Below, one piece after another: positions 52,376 to 62,747 of a DNA stretch of 64,000 nucleotides (the first letter of the stretch is position 1; each line of letters starts with the position of its first letter). The position numbers and the translations under genes were made by a program. Below the pieces are notes generated by a model. The model ran no database searches and was not told the origin of the DNA. It saw nothing but the letters and a program-made list of their open reading frames with translations. The DNA lies in NCBI GenBank assembly GCA_002418265.1, contig DIDS01000014.1, positions 146,503 through 210,502 on the forward strand, written 5' to 3'. Source of the stretch: Acidimicrobiia bacterium UBA5794. GTDB taxonomy: Bacteria > Actinomycetota > Acidimicrobiia > Spongiisociales > UBA5794.

Positions 52376-54715
52376 ATGCTCACCAAACTCGCCCGATCCG
52401 CCGCCGCCCATCCGTGGCGCTATCTCGCCACATGGCTTGTGGCCGTAGCAATCCTTGCAGGTGCCGTGATCAGTGTCGGATCCGCCTTCACGTCCAATAT
52501 CACCGCACCCTCATCGGAGAGCAGCACGGGCATCGACCTTCTCGCGGCCGAGTTCCCAGCCGCCGGTGGAGACTCCGCAACGATTGTGTTCAAAGCGGAC
52601 ATGGGTGTCGAAGATCCTGCCGTCAAGGAGGCGATGACGGGACTCTTCGAGGCCACGATGGATATTGACGGCGTCGTCAACGTCATCAGCCCTTACTCCC
52701 CCATCGGATCCAGCCAGATCTCCACAACGGGAGTGGACGCAGGGCGGGTGGCCTTCGCCCAACTGGTGCTCGAACCCGGCACCACCACCACCGATGGAGC
52801 TCGCATCGCAGACGAGATCATCGCGTCGTCCCCGGACATCGACGGTCTCACGATTGCTCTCGGCGGAGACATGTTCCGCCATCGTGAGCCACCCAACTCC
52901 GAAATGCTCGGAATTGCATTCGCCATCTTCGTATTGATTCTCTCCTTCGGCTCCGTTCTTGCCATGGGGCTACCGATCGCTACAGCACTCGCCGGTGTTG
53001 GCACCGGTGTGCTTGTGACCGTGCTGTTGAGCAACGTCGTGGAAATGCCGGACTTCGCCGCGACGATCGGGATCATGATCGGTCTCGGTGTGGGCATCGA
53101 CTACGCACTCTTCATCGTGACGAGGTACCAAGAGCACCTCAACAAGGGCGAGCCTGTCGGTGATTCGGTTGCTGCATCACTAGACACGGCCGGTCGTGCG
53201 GTCCTCTTCGCCGGTGTCACGGTGGTGGTGTCACTTCTTGGCATGCTTCTCATGGGCGTCACGTTCGTCACCGGGCTGGCGATTGCCGCCGCCACGACCG
53301 TGCTGCTCACCATGGTGGCCTCGGTAACCCTGCTCCCCGCCCTGATCGGCCTCGCCGGTCGACACATCCAGATCACCCGTCGCAGCGGACTCGTTGGCTC
53401 ACTCCTCGCCGCGATCGCCCTCGTCGGTGTCGCCCTCGACCTGGGCGTGTTGCGGTTCGCCCTGATACCCGCGATTGTCGTGCTCATTGCTGGCCGTTTC
53501 CCGGGACGACCACCCAACAAGACGATCAAACTGAAATCGGACAAGCCGCTTGAGGAAACAGCTTGGTACCGGTGGAGCCGAATGGTGCAGCGGCGCGCTG
53601 CCCTCATCACGATCTTGGCAACGTTGGCTCTCATGGTTGTGGCCATCCCACTCCTGTCAATCCAGCTCGGGTTCGCCGACGCAGGAAACGACCCGGAAGG
53701 AACGACGACCAGGCAGGCGTATGACCTTCTTGAAGAAGGATTCGGTCCGGGCGCCAACGGACCCCTGATTCTTGTGACGGAACTCGGTCCTGACACCACG
53801 CCCATGGACATTCAGGCGACCACAGCAACCCTCCAACAGGTCGAAGGACTCGCTCAGGTGTCACCGGGCATCCCGAATGATCCACAGCAACCAACCGCAG
53901 TGCTGTGGCATTTGATACCAGAGACTTCCCCCCAGGATGAGGCGACGGTCGAGCTCCTCCACACCCTGCGTGACGATGTTGTTCCCCAGATCGACGATGA
54001 ACTCGGGACTGAGATCCTGGTCACTGGCCCGGTTGCAGCGAACATCGACTTCTCCGATTACCTCTCGGAACGGATCTGGTACTTCTACGGCGCCGTGCTG
54101 ATCATCTCATTCCTGTTCCTGATGACCGTGTTCCGCTCAATCCTGGTGCCGCTCAAGGCCGTTGCGATGAACCTGCTCGCCATCGGCGCGGCGTATGGCA
54201 TTGTGGTTGCGGTGTTCCAGTGGGGATGGGCCGGACCCCTCCTTGGAATCGAACCTGGACCAATCGAACCGTTCATCCCCATGATGCTGTTTGCCATCGT
54301 GTTCGGACTCTCGATGGACTATGAGGTGTTTCTTCTCACACGAATCCGTGAGGAGTACGACCGAACCGGTGACAACACACGAGCTGTCACGGACGGCCTG
54401 GCGGCAACCGCGCGAGTGATCACTGCGGCCGCCCTCATCATGGTGTTCATCTTCGGTAGCTTCCTGCTCGAAGATCTCAGGACGATCAAGGTCCTCGGAT
54501 TGGGTCTCGCTGTGGCGGTAGCGATCGACGCGACCGTGATACGGATGTTGCTGGTTCCAGCAACCATGGAGCTGTTGGGCGACAGGAACTGGTGGCTCCC
54601 GCGCTGGCTCAACCGCATCCTTCCGAATCTCGTTGTTGAGCCGAGCCATCCGACCACTCAGGAGCTGACTTCAGAAACTCCGAATCCGCAGATTCCGAGC
54701 GGAAGTCCCGTGTGA
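52376..54715 (+). CDS. MMPL-family (RND superfamily) transporter
   Basis: It is 779 aa with two 6-TM bundles, GVGIDYALFIV and GLSMDYEVFLL motifs, and a duplicated architecture. Confidence 0.9.
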   Translation: MLTKLARSAAAHPWRYLATWLVAVAILAGAVISVGSAFTSNITAPSSESSTGIDLLAAEFPAAGGDSATIVFKADMGVEDPAVKEAMTGLFEATMDIDGVVNVISPYSPIGSSQISTTGVDAGRVAFAQLVLEPGTTTTDGARIADEIIASSPDIDGLTIALGGDMFRHREPPNSEMLGIAFAIFVLILSFGSVLAMGLPIATALAGVGTGVLVTVLLSNVVEMPDFAATIGIMIGLGVGIDYALFIVTRYQEHLNKGEPVGDSVAASLDTAGRAVLFAGVTVVVSLLGMLLMGVTFVTGLAIAAATTVLLTMVASVTLLPALIGLAGRHIQITRRSGLVGSLLAAIALVGVALDLGVLRFALIPAIVVLIAGRFPGRPPNKTIKLKSDKPLEETAWYRWSRMVQRRAALITILATLALMVVAIPLLSIQLGFADAGNDPEGTTTRQAYDLLEEGFGPGANGPLILVTELGPDTTPMDIQATTATLQQVEGLAQVSPGIPNDPQQPTAVLWHLIPETSPQDEATVELLHTLRDDVVPQIDDELGTEILVTGPVAANIDFSDYLSERIWYFYGAVLIISFLFLMTVFRSILVPLKAVAMNLLAIGAAYGIVVAVFQWGWAGPLLGIEPGPIEPFIPMMLFAIVFGLSMDYEVFLLTRIREEYDRTGDNTRAVTDGLAATARVITAAALIMVFIFGSFLLEDLRTIKVLGLGLAVAVAIDATVIRMLLVPATMELLGDRNWWLPRWLNRILPNLVVEPSHPTTQELTSETPNPQIPSGSPV

Positions 54716-54890
54716 GAAGCTCACAGGGCTTTGGGCTTCGAGGACGAATCTGGCTGGTGGGTGCACGACGCGACCGACTCAACAGTCACGGGCCCCATAC
54801 CAAACTCTCGATGATCCTATCAATGGTGAGGAGGGGCGCTGCCAGGTGTTCGCGGTAGTCGCTCCGCACACGCGCGACCCGTATGTCGTT

Positions 54891-57179
54891 TCAACAGCGA
54901 TCCGCCCAGTTCGCAACCGCATCGTGGATCACCAGACCATCGCTGGCCACGAACGTCCGACGGCTCATTTCCTGGCAGGCCGCGTCTCTTTCCACCGTGT
55001 CCCACTCACCGCGCGTATAGGTGTACGCGATGACGGAATTGCGTGGAAGGAGCATCGTGACCGATTGAACCGGTTGATCGGTGGGGAGGACAAGGACGGA
55101 CCAAGGGTTCCACACCGGAATACCTGCACCGAACGCCCCCGGGACGAATACCTCTCCCGAACCGGATGGCACCTCAACTTCGATGGTCACCTCCACCAGA
55201 TCGAGACGGGGACCGTCAACGACGGGGAGATCAGGGCAGAGATCCGCGGTGGCGAGAATCCAACGATCACCCGGCAACCGCAGCCACTGCGGATCACCCA
55301 AGTAGCGAGCCTCGACCAGTGCCGTCACATCCTTGGTGCCGGCAACTGTCGCCGCCTCGTTGCTCGGTGCGACACGAATCGGACCGCCATCGACGAGGCA
55401 CGCCGAACCAGTCGAAGCTGCCGAGATGACTTCTATTTCTCGCCATGACACCCACGACGTGCTTGCAAGCGTTTCGACCCTGACCGAGACGACATCAGTG
55501 AGGCCCGGATTGAGTTCTGTCCCGATGAGCATCTCCGGGCCGGTGAATCGTTCGATATCTGCGACGAGGACTTCGCGGCCGTCGGACAGGGTCGCCCACA
55601 CCTGATGGTGGCTGATGCCGGGTGGCCACTGGTCCACGCCCAGACCGATCTCAACGACCGTGGACGGCTGGTCAAAATCGATGGCGATCCACTGCGGCGG
55701 ATAGTCGCCAGAGCCCCAGCCCTCGAGGGAGTCATCAACCGCGTACTTGGCCGGTCGCGTGAGTTCAGATCGTGAGACCCGCGGAGTGGTTCCGGTCGTG
55801 AGGTCGAATGGCGCATCGGGCGGTACCACGCAAGGATCCGGCTGTGCGTTTGGCGAGAATGCCTCAAGGAGGAGACCGTCGGAATCGAGGAAGGCCCATG
55901 CCGGACCCGGCTGGTCATCTGGCCAGACGTAGTATCCCCAGTTGAGCCAGCCATCCCACCCCGCCTCGCATGATTCCGCGATGAAACGGTAACCCCGTCC
56001 GAGGGCTGCTCGGGCTGATGGCACTGTTGCCTTCCCGGATCCGGTCTCACCCATCAGCACAGGCTTCTCTTGGTGGCCGGGCATTCCGAAGTTCTCTGCA
56101 TGTTCAGGTACGGTCAGGTCGGTGTCGTAGTAGGCATGGAAGTCGAAAAAGTCGAGGTTCGCCTCGGTGAGCAGGGGTGCGGTGTCGACGTACCAGTCAC
56201 CACCGATGTAGGTCTGGTGCGGGAACTGCGGCGTGAAGAAGCCCATGGTGACCAACGTGTCGGGATCATATGCGTCGATGACCTCGCGGATACGATCGAT
56301 GAAGTACACGACACCATCCACCACCATCCGGCGCTTTTGTTCTGCGTCGGCCATGTCATAGGTACGACCGTTGGCGGTTTCCACGACACCCGATGTGAGT
56401 GACAGCGGTTCGAAGTTCTTGTGAAGCCAGAACTCGTTGGTGAGCTGCCATCCGAGGAGAACCTCAAAGGGCGCGCCTCGGTCGACGAGTCCCGACAACA
56501 AGCCGTCCCACAAGACCGCCTTCGCCTCGACGCCGCCGGTGTGGAGCCAATCGGCATTTTCTCGCCCGTCAAACCCTTCGTGGCCCTGGTTGTAGTACGA
56601 GTCAAAGATCTGCCAGTAGCCGCCGACATCGGGGAGGGAGTTGGCGGTCAGCAGGAGCCAGATCCCCTCCTCACCGGCGATGTGCATCACCTCTGCGATG
56701 TTGTCGAGATACTCGTCGTTGAGGCCCTGACCGGAATAGTTCGCAATGCATTCTGGCTGGGCACCGCAGGTGTCGACGAAGATGCGGGCCGTGTTGTATC
56801 CGTTCGTGGCCAGCGTCCGAAACGCCTCGCGCACCCGCTCAGCGTCGTAGGTGTTCGTGGCAAACACCCGGTCCTCGTACCCACCAGCGGGGTTGGGTTG
56901 AAAGTCCACATAGTTGACACCGCGAGGCACGAACCGCTCGGCCGTCACCGTGTCATAGAACTCCCCCACACCGTCAACAATTCTGGTACCAATTCGGTGT
57001 GCAAGCGGTGGAAGGGTTGTCGTGGTCTGGGCAACCGTCGTCTCCGGAGTTGGGGCCGTTGTCGTGGAGGCGTCCGGCGACGTCGCAGTTGTCGGCGACG
57101 TGCGACCACCGGTGCACGCAGAAGTCACCACGATCAGAGCAACAAGCAACAGCAATCGTGGATGCAGGGAAAGCTTCAT
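54891..57179 (-). CDS. secreted lipoprotein: clan GH-A (GH5-like) glycoside hydrolase, discoidin domain and a C-terminal beta-sandwich (CBM-like) domain
   Basis: It has a VTSAC lipobox, WQLTNEFW (acid/base) and LMGETGSG (nucleophile). It is a paralog of 36193..37941 with an added C-terminal ~200 aa. Confidence 0.75.
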   Translation of the reverse strand: MKLSLHPRLLLLVALIVVTSACTGGRTSPTTATSPDASTTTAPTPETTVAQTTTTLPPLAHRIGTRIVDGVGEFYDTVTAERFVPRGVNYVDFQPNPAGGYEDRVFATNTYDAERVREAFRTLATNGYNTARIFVDTCGAQPECIANYSGQGLNDEYLDNIAEVMHIAGEEGIWLLLTANSLPDVGGYWQIFDSYYNQGHEGFDGRENADWLHTGGVEAKAVLWDGLLSGLVDRGAPFEVLLGWQLTNEFWLHKNFEPLSLTSGVVETANGRTYDMADAEQKRRMVVDGVVYFIDRIREVIDAYDPDTLVTMGFFTPQFPHQTYIGGDWYVDTAPLLTEANLDFFDFHAYYDTDLTVPEHAENFGMPGHQEKPVLMGETGSGKATVPSARAALGRGYRFIAESCEAGWDGWLNWGYYVWPDDQPGPAWAFLDSDGLLLEAFSPNAQPDPCVVPPDAPFDLTTGTTPRVSRSELTRPAKYAVDDSLEGWGSGDYPPQWIAIDFDQPSTVVEIGLGVDQWPPGISHHQVWATLSDGREVLVADIERFTGPEMLIGTELNPGLTDVVSVRVETLASTSWVSWREIEVISAASTGSACLVDGGPIRVAPSNEAATVAGTKDVTALVEARYLGDPQWLRLPGDRWILATADLCPDLPVVDGPRLDLVEVTIEVEVPSGSGEVFVPGAFGAGIPVWNPWSVLVLPTDQPVQSVTMLLPRNSVIAYTYTRGEWDTVERDAACQEMSRRTFVASDGLVIHDAVANWADRC

Positions 57180-57213
57180 GCGAGGCTACGAATCGTCGGG
57201 ATATCCAAGGGTG

Positions 57214-60105
57214 TCATTTCGTTGGAATGTCGGCAGGGGTCGTGTAGTGGAGATCCTGTGGTGCGGTCTTGGTGTACTCACGGCCACAGACGTTTGCGAT
57301 CATCGTGAAGTTTGTGTCCGGATCGGTGAAGAGGGCCTTCGATCTCAGCTTGTCCGAATCGGGGCTGTACCCGAGTTGTGGATGAGCGTCTGGGAGGTAC
57401 TGCGTACGTTCGAAGTCGAGTCCCGAGACGCCGACGACAAGAGCATCGCCGACCTTCAGCTCGGAAAGATCGGCTTCAACGCTTTCCGTGGCGAACACCA
57501 CGCCCTCCACGGGATCGTTCTCGTGATGGATCCCGTGCTTGTCGGTCCACCTCAGCAATCCTGATCCGCGCGTCACAAGACTCACCGAGCATGACTTGGG
57601 AGCAGCTGGGCTTTCGAGATCGACCCCAGGCTTGGGGTGGAACGTCACGTTGACAGCGCCGGGGAAGAGCTGACCGGCGGGTTCCGGAACCACCACAATC
57701 TCGGGGTTCAGATAGAGATACCAACCACCGTTGCCGTTGATGTTGCTCACGGTCATCTTCGAGAAATGCGTCTCGATGTCCTTGATCGCATCCTCGACGA
57801 ACGTCTTGGCCCAATCAGCACATGGGATCGGCCCGCATGTGTCACCGACCAACTGGTCGGCAAGCGCAGCGGCGATATTGCCCTTTGCAGCCTCGACAAA
57901 CTCGCTGAAGCTCGGCAGGGTCGGGGGCACCCCGACCGCGGCCAGCCCGGCATCCGCTAAGGCCTTCAACGCCGCCACGCAGGTCTCTTTCGGCTCGCAT
58001 CCGACAATGTCAACAATGCCCTCAATGATGCCGTTCTTCACCATGTCGACGATGTTCTTGAACGTGTCCCACACCTCGGCGATGAACGAGATCGCCGCTT
58101 CAATGAAGTCGAAGAGACCGGGATCGGGTGGATCTTTGTGAAGGGCACAGGACGTTGCCCCGGGGACCAAGCCGGTCAGGTGTTTGCCCTGAGCGTCCCA
58201 CACACCGGCGTTGTCGCGGAACTTCCTGTACTCAGCCTCCCAATGCGACACCCAATATGAGGCCATTGGTGCGTCTTTGAAGTCGTTCAGCATCTCACTA
58301 GGGACTGGATTCTCCTTGCCGAAGGGATTCTCAATGACGCGTACACAGCGCGAGAACGGGTCAGGGGTGCCGTGAACCGGAGGCGTGAAGCTGACGACGA
58401 GGTCGTAGTAGTCCTCGATCCGGCCCGGCCCCGTATCGATGACGATCTCCTCGCCTTCCTGGAACTGGTACATGACCGTGTTGCTCGTTCCAGCGATCGG
58501 CTGCGAATCCGATAGGGGTACGACCCGCACCCAGAGACGGTCGTGCGGGGCCCCACTCCACCAGTCGCCGTGGATCGGCTCTGTCATGCGGCGCGAAGTA
58601 CCGGACAGCGATGCCTCCAGCTTTTCGAGATCGGTTTGCAGCGTCCGGTAGTCGCCATAGTCGAGTTTGACGCCACCGGAAGGTGGGCCAGCGGCGCGGG
58701 CTTCATTCGACAACCACGATCCATTGCGGATGTCGTCAAGAGGAAGTTCGATGTCTCGTTGTTGGTCGTCACCCATCAATACGTCGACGGCCCAAAGGAG
58801 GCCCGGGAAGTCGAGCGCCGCATCTTTCGGTGGTGGTTGGCTCGAGACCTGCACCATCCCGGCCTTGGCTCCCAGGATGCCTTTGTTCCAACGCACAATG
58901 TGCGGGGCCATGCCTCCCCCACCCGGGCAATAGGTGGCGGCCCCGGAAGAGCCTTCCGCACACACGGTCTGTTCGTTGAGCAGGATCTCCACCAAGCTCG
59001 AGAGATCAGCACCGGATGTGACATGATCGACGATCTTCAGGTCGGAGAACGGCGTGACCGGCTGCGCAAGACCGAACGTGCCTTCGATCGGTCCATCATC
59101 TGTGGTCGTGAATCGACCTCTGCCCAGGCCGACAAGGCCTCCATCCTTGCGACCCCACGCCTCAACCTCAAGATGCTCTCCCGCACCGACCGCGGGAAGC
59201 AGACCGGAGAAATCGAAGCCTCCCGGACCACGCGGTGCGAAACCGGACTCGGGGATCCGCCACCACGTCGCATCATCTTCGGTCACATATGCATAGGCAG
59301 CATCGAGGTCCTCGCCACCAACCAGCAGGGCGCCGTCGAACGCAACGGCGCCCTCCCAGGCACCGGACGCACACTCGGGCGACCCTGGAACCACGACCTG
59401 TGACTCGGGTGTTGCGACCGCTTCGTCATAGGAGACAACGGATACCAGTGTGGGCGAGGACGTCACCTCGAAGACGACCTCACCGCCGTCGGCCGACACG
59501 ACGCCGATGGCACGGTTGTCTGCGACGCCGAACATCGACCCGACCACATACTGGCCGAGCCGGTTCGAAACCGCCGGAACGGTGAGCGTCGCTTCACACG
59601 ACGAAACATCGACGGCCACCGTCGCTGCGGACGAGGATTCCGGCAAACCGGTACGCACCTCACCGGTGACCACGTCGGTTCCTGGTTCGACCCGCAGCCA
59701 CGAGGGGAAGGAATCCGCGCTCGCACCCGACTCGTCGTACGCCCTGACGACCATCGCATGCATTCCGACGCTCGCCGGCGTCCATTCCCATGCAAACGGT
59801 GGATCGGTCACGGGATCGTCGAAGTCGACCGAGTCCACAATTTCGCCATTCGCCAGCAATTCGAGACGGGTGACCGGCTTGTCCGATATCACCTGGCTGG
59901 TGAAAAACTGCAGGTTTCCGTATACAGCATCTGTATCACTCCCTGTGCTCAGGAGAGGAATGATCTCGGGCGGCGACGGTGGCCCGACTTCCGGGATCGA
60001 GGTCGTTGTCGTCTCGACGGTTTCGTCAGACGGTGTGCAGGAGGCTGCGATCAACGAAAGCACGACGATCACCACAGCGATCTGAGTTCTGCGCCCCATC
60101 AGCAA
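57214..60105 (-). CDS. 963-aa secreted lipoprotein of unknown function with an N-terminal Ig-like domain
   Basis: It has an IAASC lipobox. One Ig-like segment (LELLANGEIV...FAWEWTPASVGMHAMVVRAYD) is shared with the upstream gene. The remaining ~800 aa have no recognised family. Confidence 0.7.
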   Translation of the reverse strand: MLMGRRTQIAVVIVVLSLIAASCTPSDETVETTTTSIPEVGPPSPPEIIPLLSTGSDTDAVYGNLQFFTSQVISDKPVTRLELLANGEIVDSVDFDDPVTDPPFAWEWTPASVGMHAMVVRAYDESGASADSFPSWLRVEPGTDVVTGEVRTGLPESSSAATVAVDVSSCEATLTVPAVSNRLGQYVVGSMFGVADNRAIGVVSADGGEVVFEVTSSPTLVSVVSYDEAVATPESQVVVPGSPECASGAWEGAVAFDGALLVGGEDLDAAYAYVTEDDATWWRIPESGFAPRGPGGFDFSGLLPAVGAGEHLEVEAWGRKDGGLVGLGRGRFTTTDDGPIEGTFGLAQPVTPFSDLKIVDHVTSGADLSSLVEILLNEQTVCAEGSSGAATYCPGGGGMAPHIVRWNKGILGAKAGMVQVSSQPPPKDAALDFPGLLWAVDVLMGDDQQRDIELPLDDIRNGSWLSNEARAAGPPSGGVKLDYGDYRTLQTDLEKLEASLSGTSRRMTEPIHGDWWSGAPHDRLWVRVVPLSDSQPIAGTSNTVMYQFQEGEEIVIDTGPGRIEDYYDLVVSFTPPVHGTPDPFSRCVRVIENPFGKENPVPSEMLNDFKDAPMASYWVSHWEAEYRKFRDNAGVWDAQGKHLTGLVPGATSCALHKDPPDPGLFDFIEAAISFIAEVWDTFKNIVDMVKNGIIEGIVDIVGCEPKETCVAALKALADAGLAAVGVPPTLPSFSEFVEAAKGNIAAALADQLVGDTCGPIPCADWAKTFVEDAIKDIETHFSKMTVSNINGNGGWYLYLNPEIVVVPEPAGQLFPGAVNVTFHPKPGVDLESPAAPKSCSVSLVTRGSGLLRWTDKHGIHHENDPVEGVVFATESVEADLSELKVGDALVVGVSGLDFERTQYLPDAHPQLGYSPDSDKLRSKALFTDPDTNFTMIANVCGREYTKTAPQDLHYTTPADIPTK

Positions 60106-60908
60106 CTACCGGTGTCGAGGATGAAGGAGAAGGGTTCCGACCATTCGCTCTCAACGGGTTCGACGACTCGGACCCTCCACCAATAGTCGCCACACGCCAA
60201 CGGGGGTGTCGTCCAATCTGTGGTCGTGACGGCCTTCGAGTACAGCGGCAACGGAACGAACTCGGGATCGTCTCCCACGTGGACGTGGAACGTGAGGCCC
60301 TCTGGGTTGCAACCGTCATAGGACCATGAGAGAGGTACGGGATACCCGCCATCGATCGAGACGGTCAGGTCGGCGTTGTCGGGCGGGCTGACCAGCACCG
60401 GGACCTCGTAGGAGCAGGCGATTGTCGTCGTCGGCGGCGGGATCGTCGTGGTCGTCTCCTCGATGGGACCGCCGACATTGACCGAAGCAAGTGCCGGACC
60501 GATCCAGTCTCCGGTTGCAGGCTTCGCCCACAACGTGACCACATGGATGCCGTGGCTGGTCGGTGCCCATTCGAATTGCACGGTGGCGAGGGTTCCGGGC
60601 TCGACTGGTGTGTCCGACATCGCTACTTCGACGCCATCAACGTCGAGCCGGACCGATTGAAGCCCGTCGACATGGTTCACATGTCCCACAACCGCCACCG
60701 GCATACCGGCGATCACGGCTGCCCCGTCGAGTGGCTCATCAATCCACAACTGGGGAGCCGCCGGTGAAAGTGCCCGCGAAACCCCGAAGGCGGCGAGAAT
60801 CGTGGCGAAGACGATCGCGATGACCGCTACGACACGCGCATTTCTGCGTGACCGCCAAACACGTCCCACCCTCGTCACGCCGTCTCCCCGCGCTGTGATG
60901 AATGTCAT
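60099..60908 (-). CDS. membrane-anchored protein with an Ig-like domain and a Cys-containing FN3-like C-terminal domain
   Basis: It has an N-terminal TM helix (VVAVIAIVFATILAAFGV). The Ig-like segment reads VRLDVDGVEV...FEWAPTSHGIHVVTLWA. It overlaps the downstream gene by 7 nt. Confidence 0.65.
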   Translation of the reverse strand: MTFITARGDGVTRVGRVWRSRRNARVVAVIAIVFATILAAFGVSRALSPAAPQLWIDEPLDGAAVIAGMPVAVVGHVNHVDGLQSVRLDVDGVEVAMSDTPVEPGTLATVQFEWAPTSHGIHVVTLWAKPATGDWIGPALASVNVGGPIEETTTTIPPPTTTIACSYEVPVLVSPPDNADLTVSIDGGYPVPLSWSYDGCNPEGLTFHVHVGDDPEFVPLPLYSKAVTTTDWTTPPLACGDYWWRVRVVEPVESEWSEPFSFILDTGSC

Positions 60909-61122
60909 TGTCGTGGCCGCTCTGTGTGAGCGGACGTCCAGAAAATTCTAGCTACCAAGATTTGGCCGGCAATGGAAATGCCCAAAAAGAATCTCAGGTC
61001 CATGGCAGCGCATCTTTGGGCGAGGCCGTTATTACCCGAACCATTCGGTGGCGTCTGGGAGCCTTGGATGGTGGGCATCCGGTACAATGGCGGCAGTCAT
61101 GAATTGGCGAGTGGGGTGAACG

Positions 61123-62043
61123 ATGGGCACGGCTGACGACCTTCGTCGATGGGTTGAGGCTGGCCTGATCGACGAGGACACCGCCGCACGAATCGGCGAA
61201 CACGAATCGCGCCGCAAGGGCGGCGAGCGTGTCGGACGCGGAACCGAGGCGGTTGCCTATCTCGGTGCGGTCTTGGTGCTTGTGGCACTGGCCATCCTCA
61301 CCGCCGAATTCTGGGATCGCATTGAGCCATGGGGACGGTTCGCCGTCAGTGCCATCGTGACCGGTGTACTCATTGGGGTCGGTTGGCTTCTCGGGCGGAG
61401 CACAGAACCAGCCGTCAACCGGGCCCAGACGTTCGCCTGGTTTCTCGCCGTGGGCGCCGTGGCTCTCACGGCAGGGGTCTTTTTTGATGGCATCGTCAAG
61501 ACTGACGCCCAAGACTCCTTCCTGTGGGTTTCGCTGATTTCTTTGGTCGCGACGATTGCGCTGTGGATTGCCCGCCCCTCAACCCTTGCGATCGTCGCCA
61601 TGGCCTTTGCGGCTTGGGCGGCCACGATCGCGATCATCTCCCGATTCGATACCGTGCCTGATTGGACGTTCGGACTTGCCTTTGCGGGTCTTGGGACTGC
61701 GTGGTTCCTCCTCACCTGGGGCGGGATCTTGCGACCGACAACGGCGAGCTACGCCATTTCAGCGATTGGAATTCTGTTTATCGCCTTTCCTGAGGGGAGT
61801 CACATGCCATGGCCGCTCCTTGGACTTGCCGGTGCCCTGGCACTCATGGCGTTGTCGGTACGCCTCAACCAAACCGTGCTGCTCGGCTTCGGGGTTGTTG
61901 GTCTGTTCGTGTACATCCCCATGACGATCTTCGAGCTCTTTGAGGAGAGCCTCGGGGTACCGGTCGCCCTTCTCATCACCGGCGTTGCACTTTTGGGAGT
62001 CGTCGTCGGTACGGTACGTTTCCGTAAGGAAGTCCAGACATGA
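61123..62043 (+). CDS. polytopic membrane protein (DUF2157-like)
   Basis: It has an N-terminal soluble LRRWVEAGLIDEDTAARI segment followed by ~8 TM helices. Confidence 0.6.
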   Translation: MGTADDLRRWVEAGLIDEDTAARIGEHESRRKGGERVGRGTEAVAYLGAVLVLVALAILTAEFWDRIEPWGRFAVSAIVTGVLIGVGWLLGRSTEPAVNRAQTFAWFLAVGAVALTAGVFFDGIVKTDAQDSFLWVSLISLVATIALWIARPSTLAIVAMAFAAWAATIAIISRFDTVPDWTFGLAFAGLGTAWFLLTWGGILRPTTASYAISAIGILFIAFPEGSHMPWPLLGLAGALALMALSVRLNQTVLLGFGVVGLFVYIPMTIFELFEESLGVPVALLITGVALLGVVVGTVRFRKEVQT

Positions 62044-62663
62044 CCCGACAGGCGTGGAGCGCCGTTGCAGGTGCCATTGCGGTCATGGTCGCGGTCGTGG
62101 TGATCATCGTCGTTGCGTCGGTGCCACTCCCCGAGTTCCCTCCGATCACTCCTGGTCAGTTCGATGCATCGCTTGCCTACGTGGCAGAGACCAACTGTGT
62201 TCGAGCCGTCGATCTCGCCGATGCGGAAGTACGCGAACTCCATTGTGTTTCAGAACGAGACTGGATCGACAATGTGGTTTGGACCGAAGCCGGGATCGAA
62301 GTCGGCGTCGAAGGTTTCCAATCAACGATCGTGGTGCTCGATCCTGAGACGGGAGACGTCATCGAAACGCGCAACCGCGACGGTGCCTACCCGGGCGACT
62401 GGCCGCTACGAGACCAGGATCTGTTCATCGACATACCTTCCGACGGGACGATCGTCATCCGCGACGAGCACAACCAGGTCCTCATCACGTTGGTAGGGCC
62501 CGAGATGTACGGAATCGACACACTTGTCGGGGCATCGGATCGTCAGATGGTCGCCCTCGTCGACTCCTCGCAACGCCTCGCCGTGTTCGACCGCGATGTC
62601 GGACAGCCATACCTCATCGACACCGACGCGCGACCGTACCCTCCACCGGCATGGAAACCTTGA
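62040..62663 (+). CDS. hypothetical membrane-anchored protein
   Basis: ATGA overlap with the upstream gene. It has a single N-terminal TM helix. No family recognised. Confidence 0.55.
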   Translation: MTRQAWSAVAGAIAVMVAVVVIIVVASVPLPEFPPITPGQFDASLAYVAETNCVRAVDLADAEVRELHCVSERDWIDNVVWTEAGIEVGVEGFQSTIVVLDPETGDVIETRNRDGAYPGDWPLRDQDLFIDIPSDGTIVIRDEHNQVLITLVGPEMYGIDTLVGASDRQMVALVDSSQRLAVFDRDVGQPYLIDTDARPYPPPAWKP

Positions 62664-62747
62664 GACTGTTCCGGCGGTCCACGGGCCTTTCGGTGATTAT
62701 GTGATCCGAGATGACAGAATCACACCCATGCCGGACACAGACCCAGC

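Noticed and set aside
61050-61095. TTGGAT...TACAAT promoter-like hexamers upstream of 61123.
   Set aside because: The spacing between the hexamers is only about 13 nt. With no supporting evidence, I did not report it as a feature.
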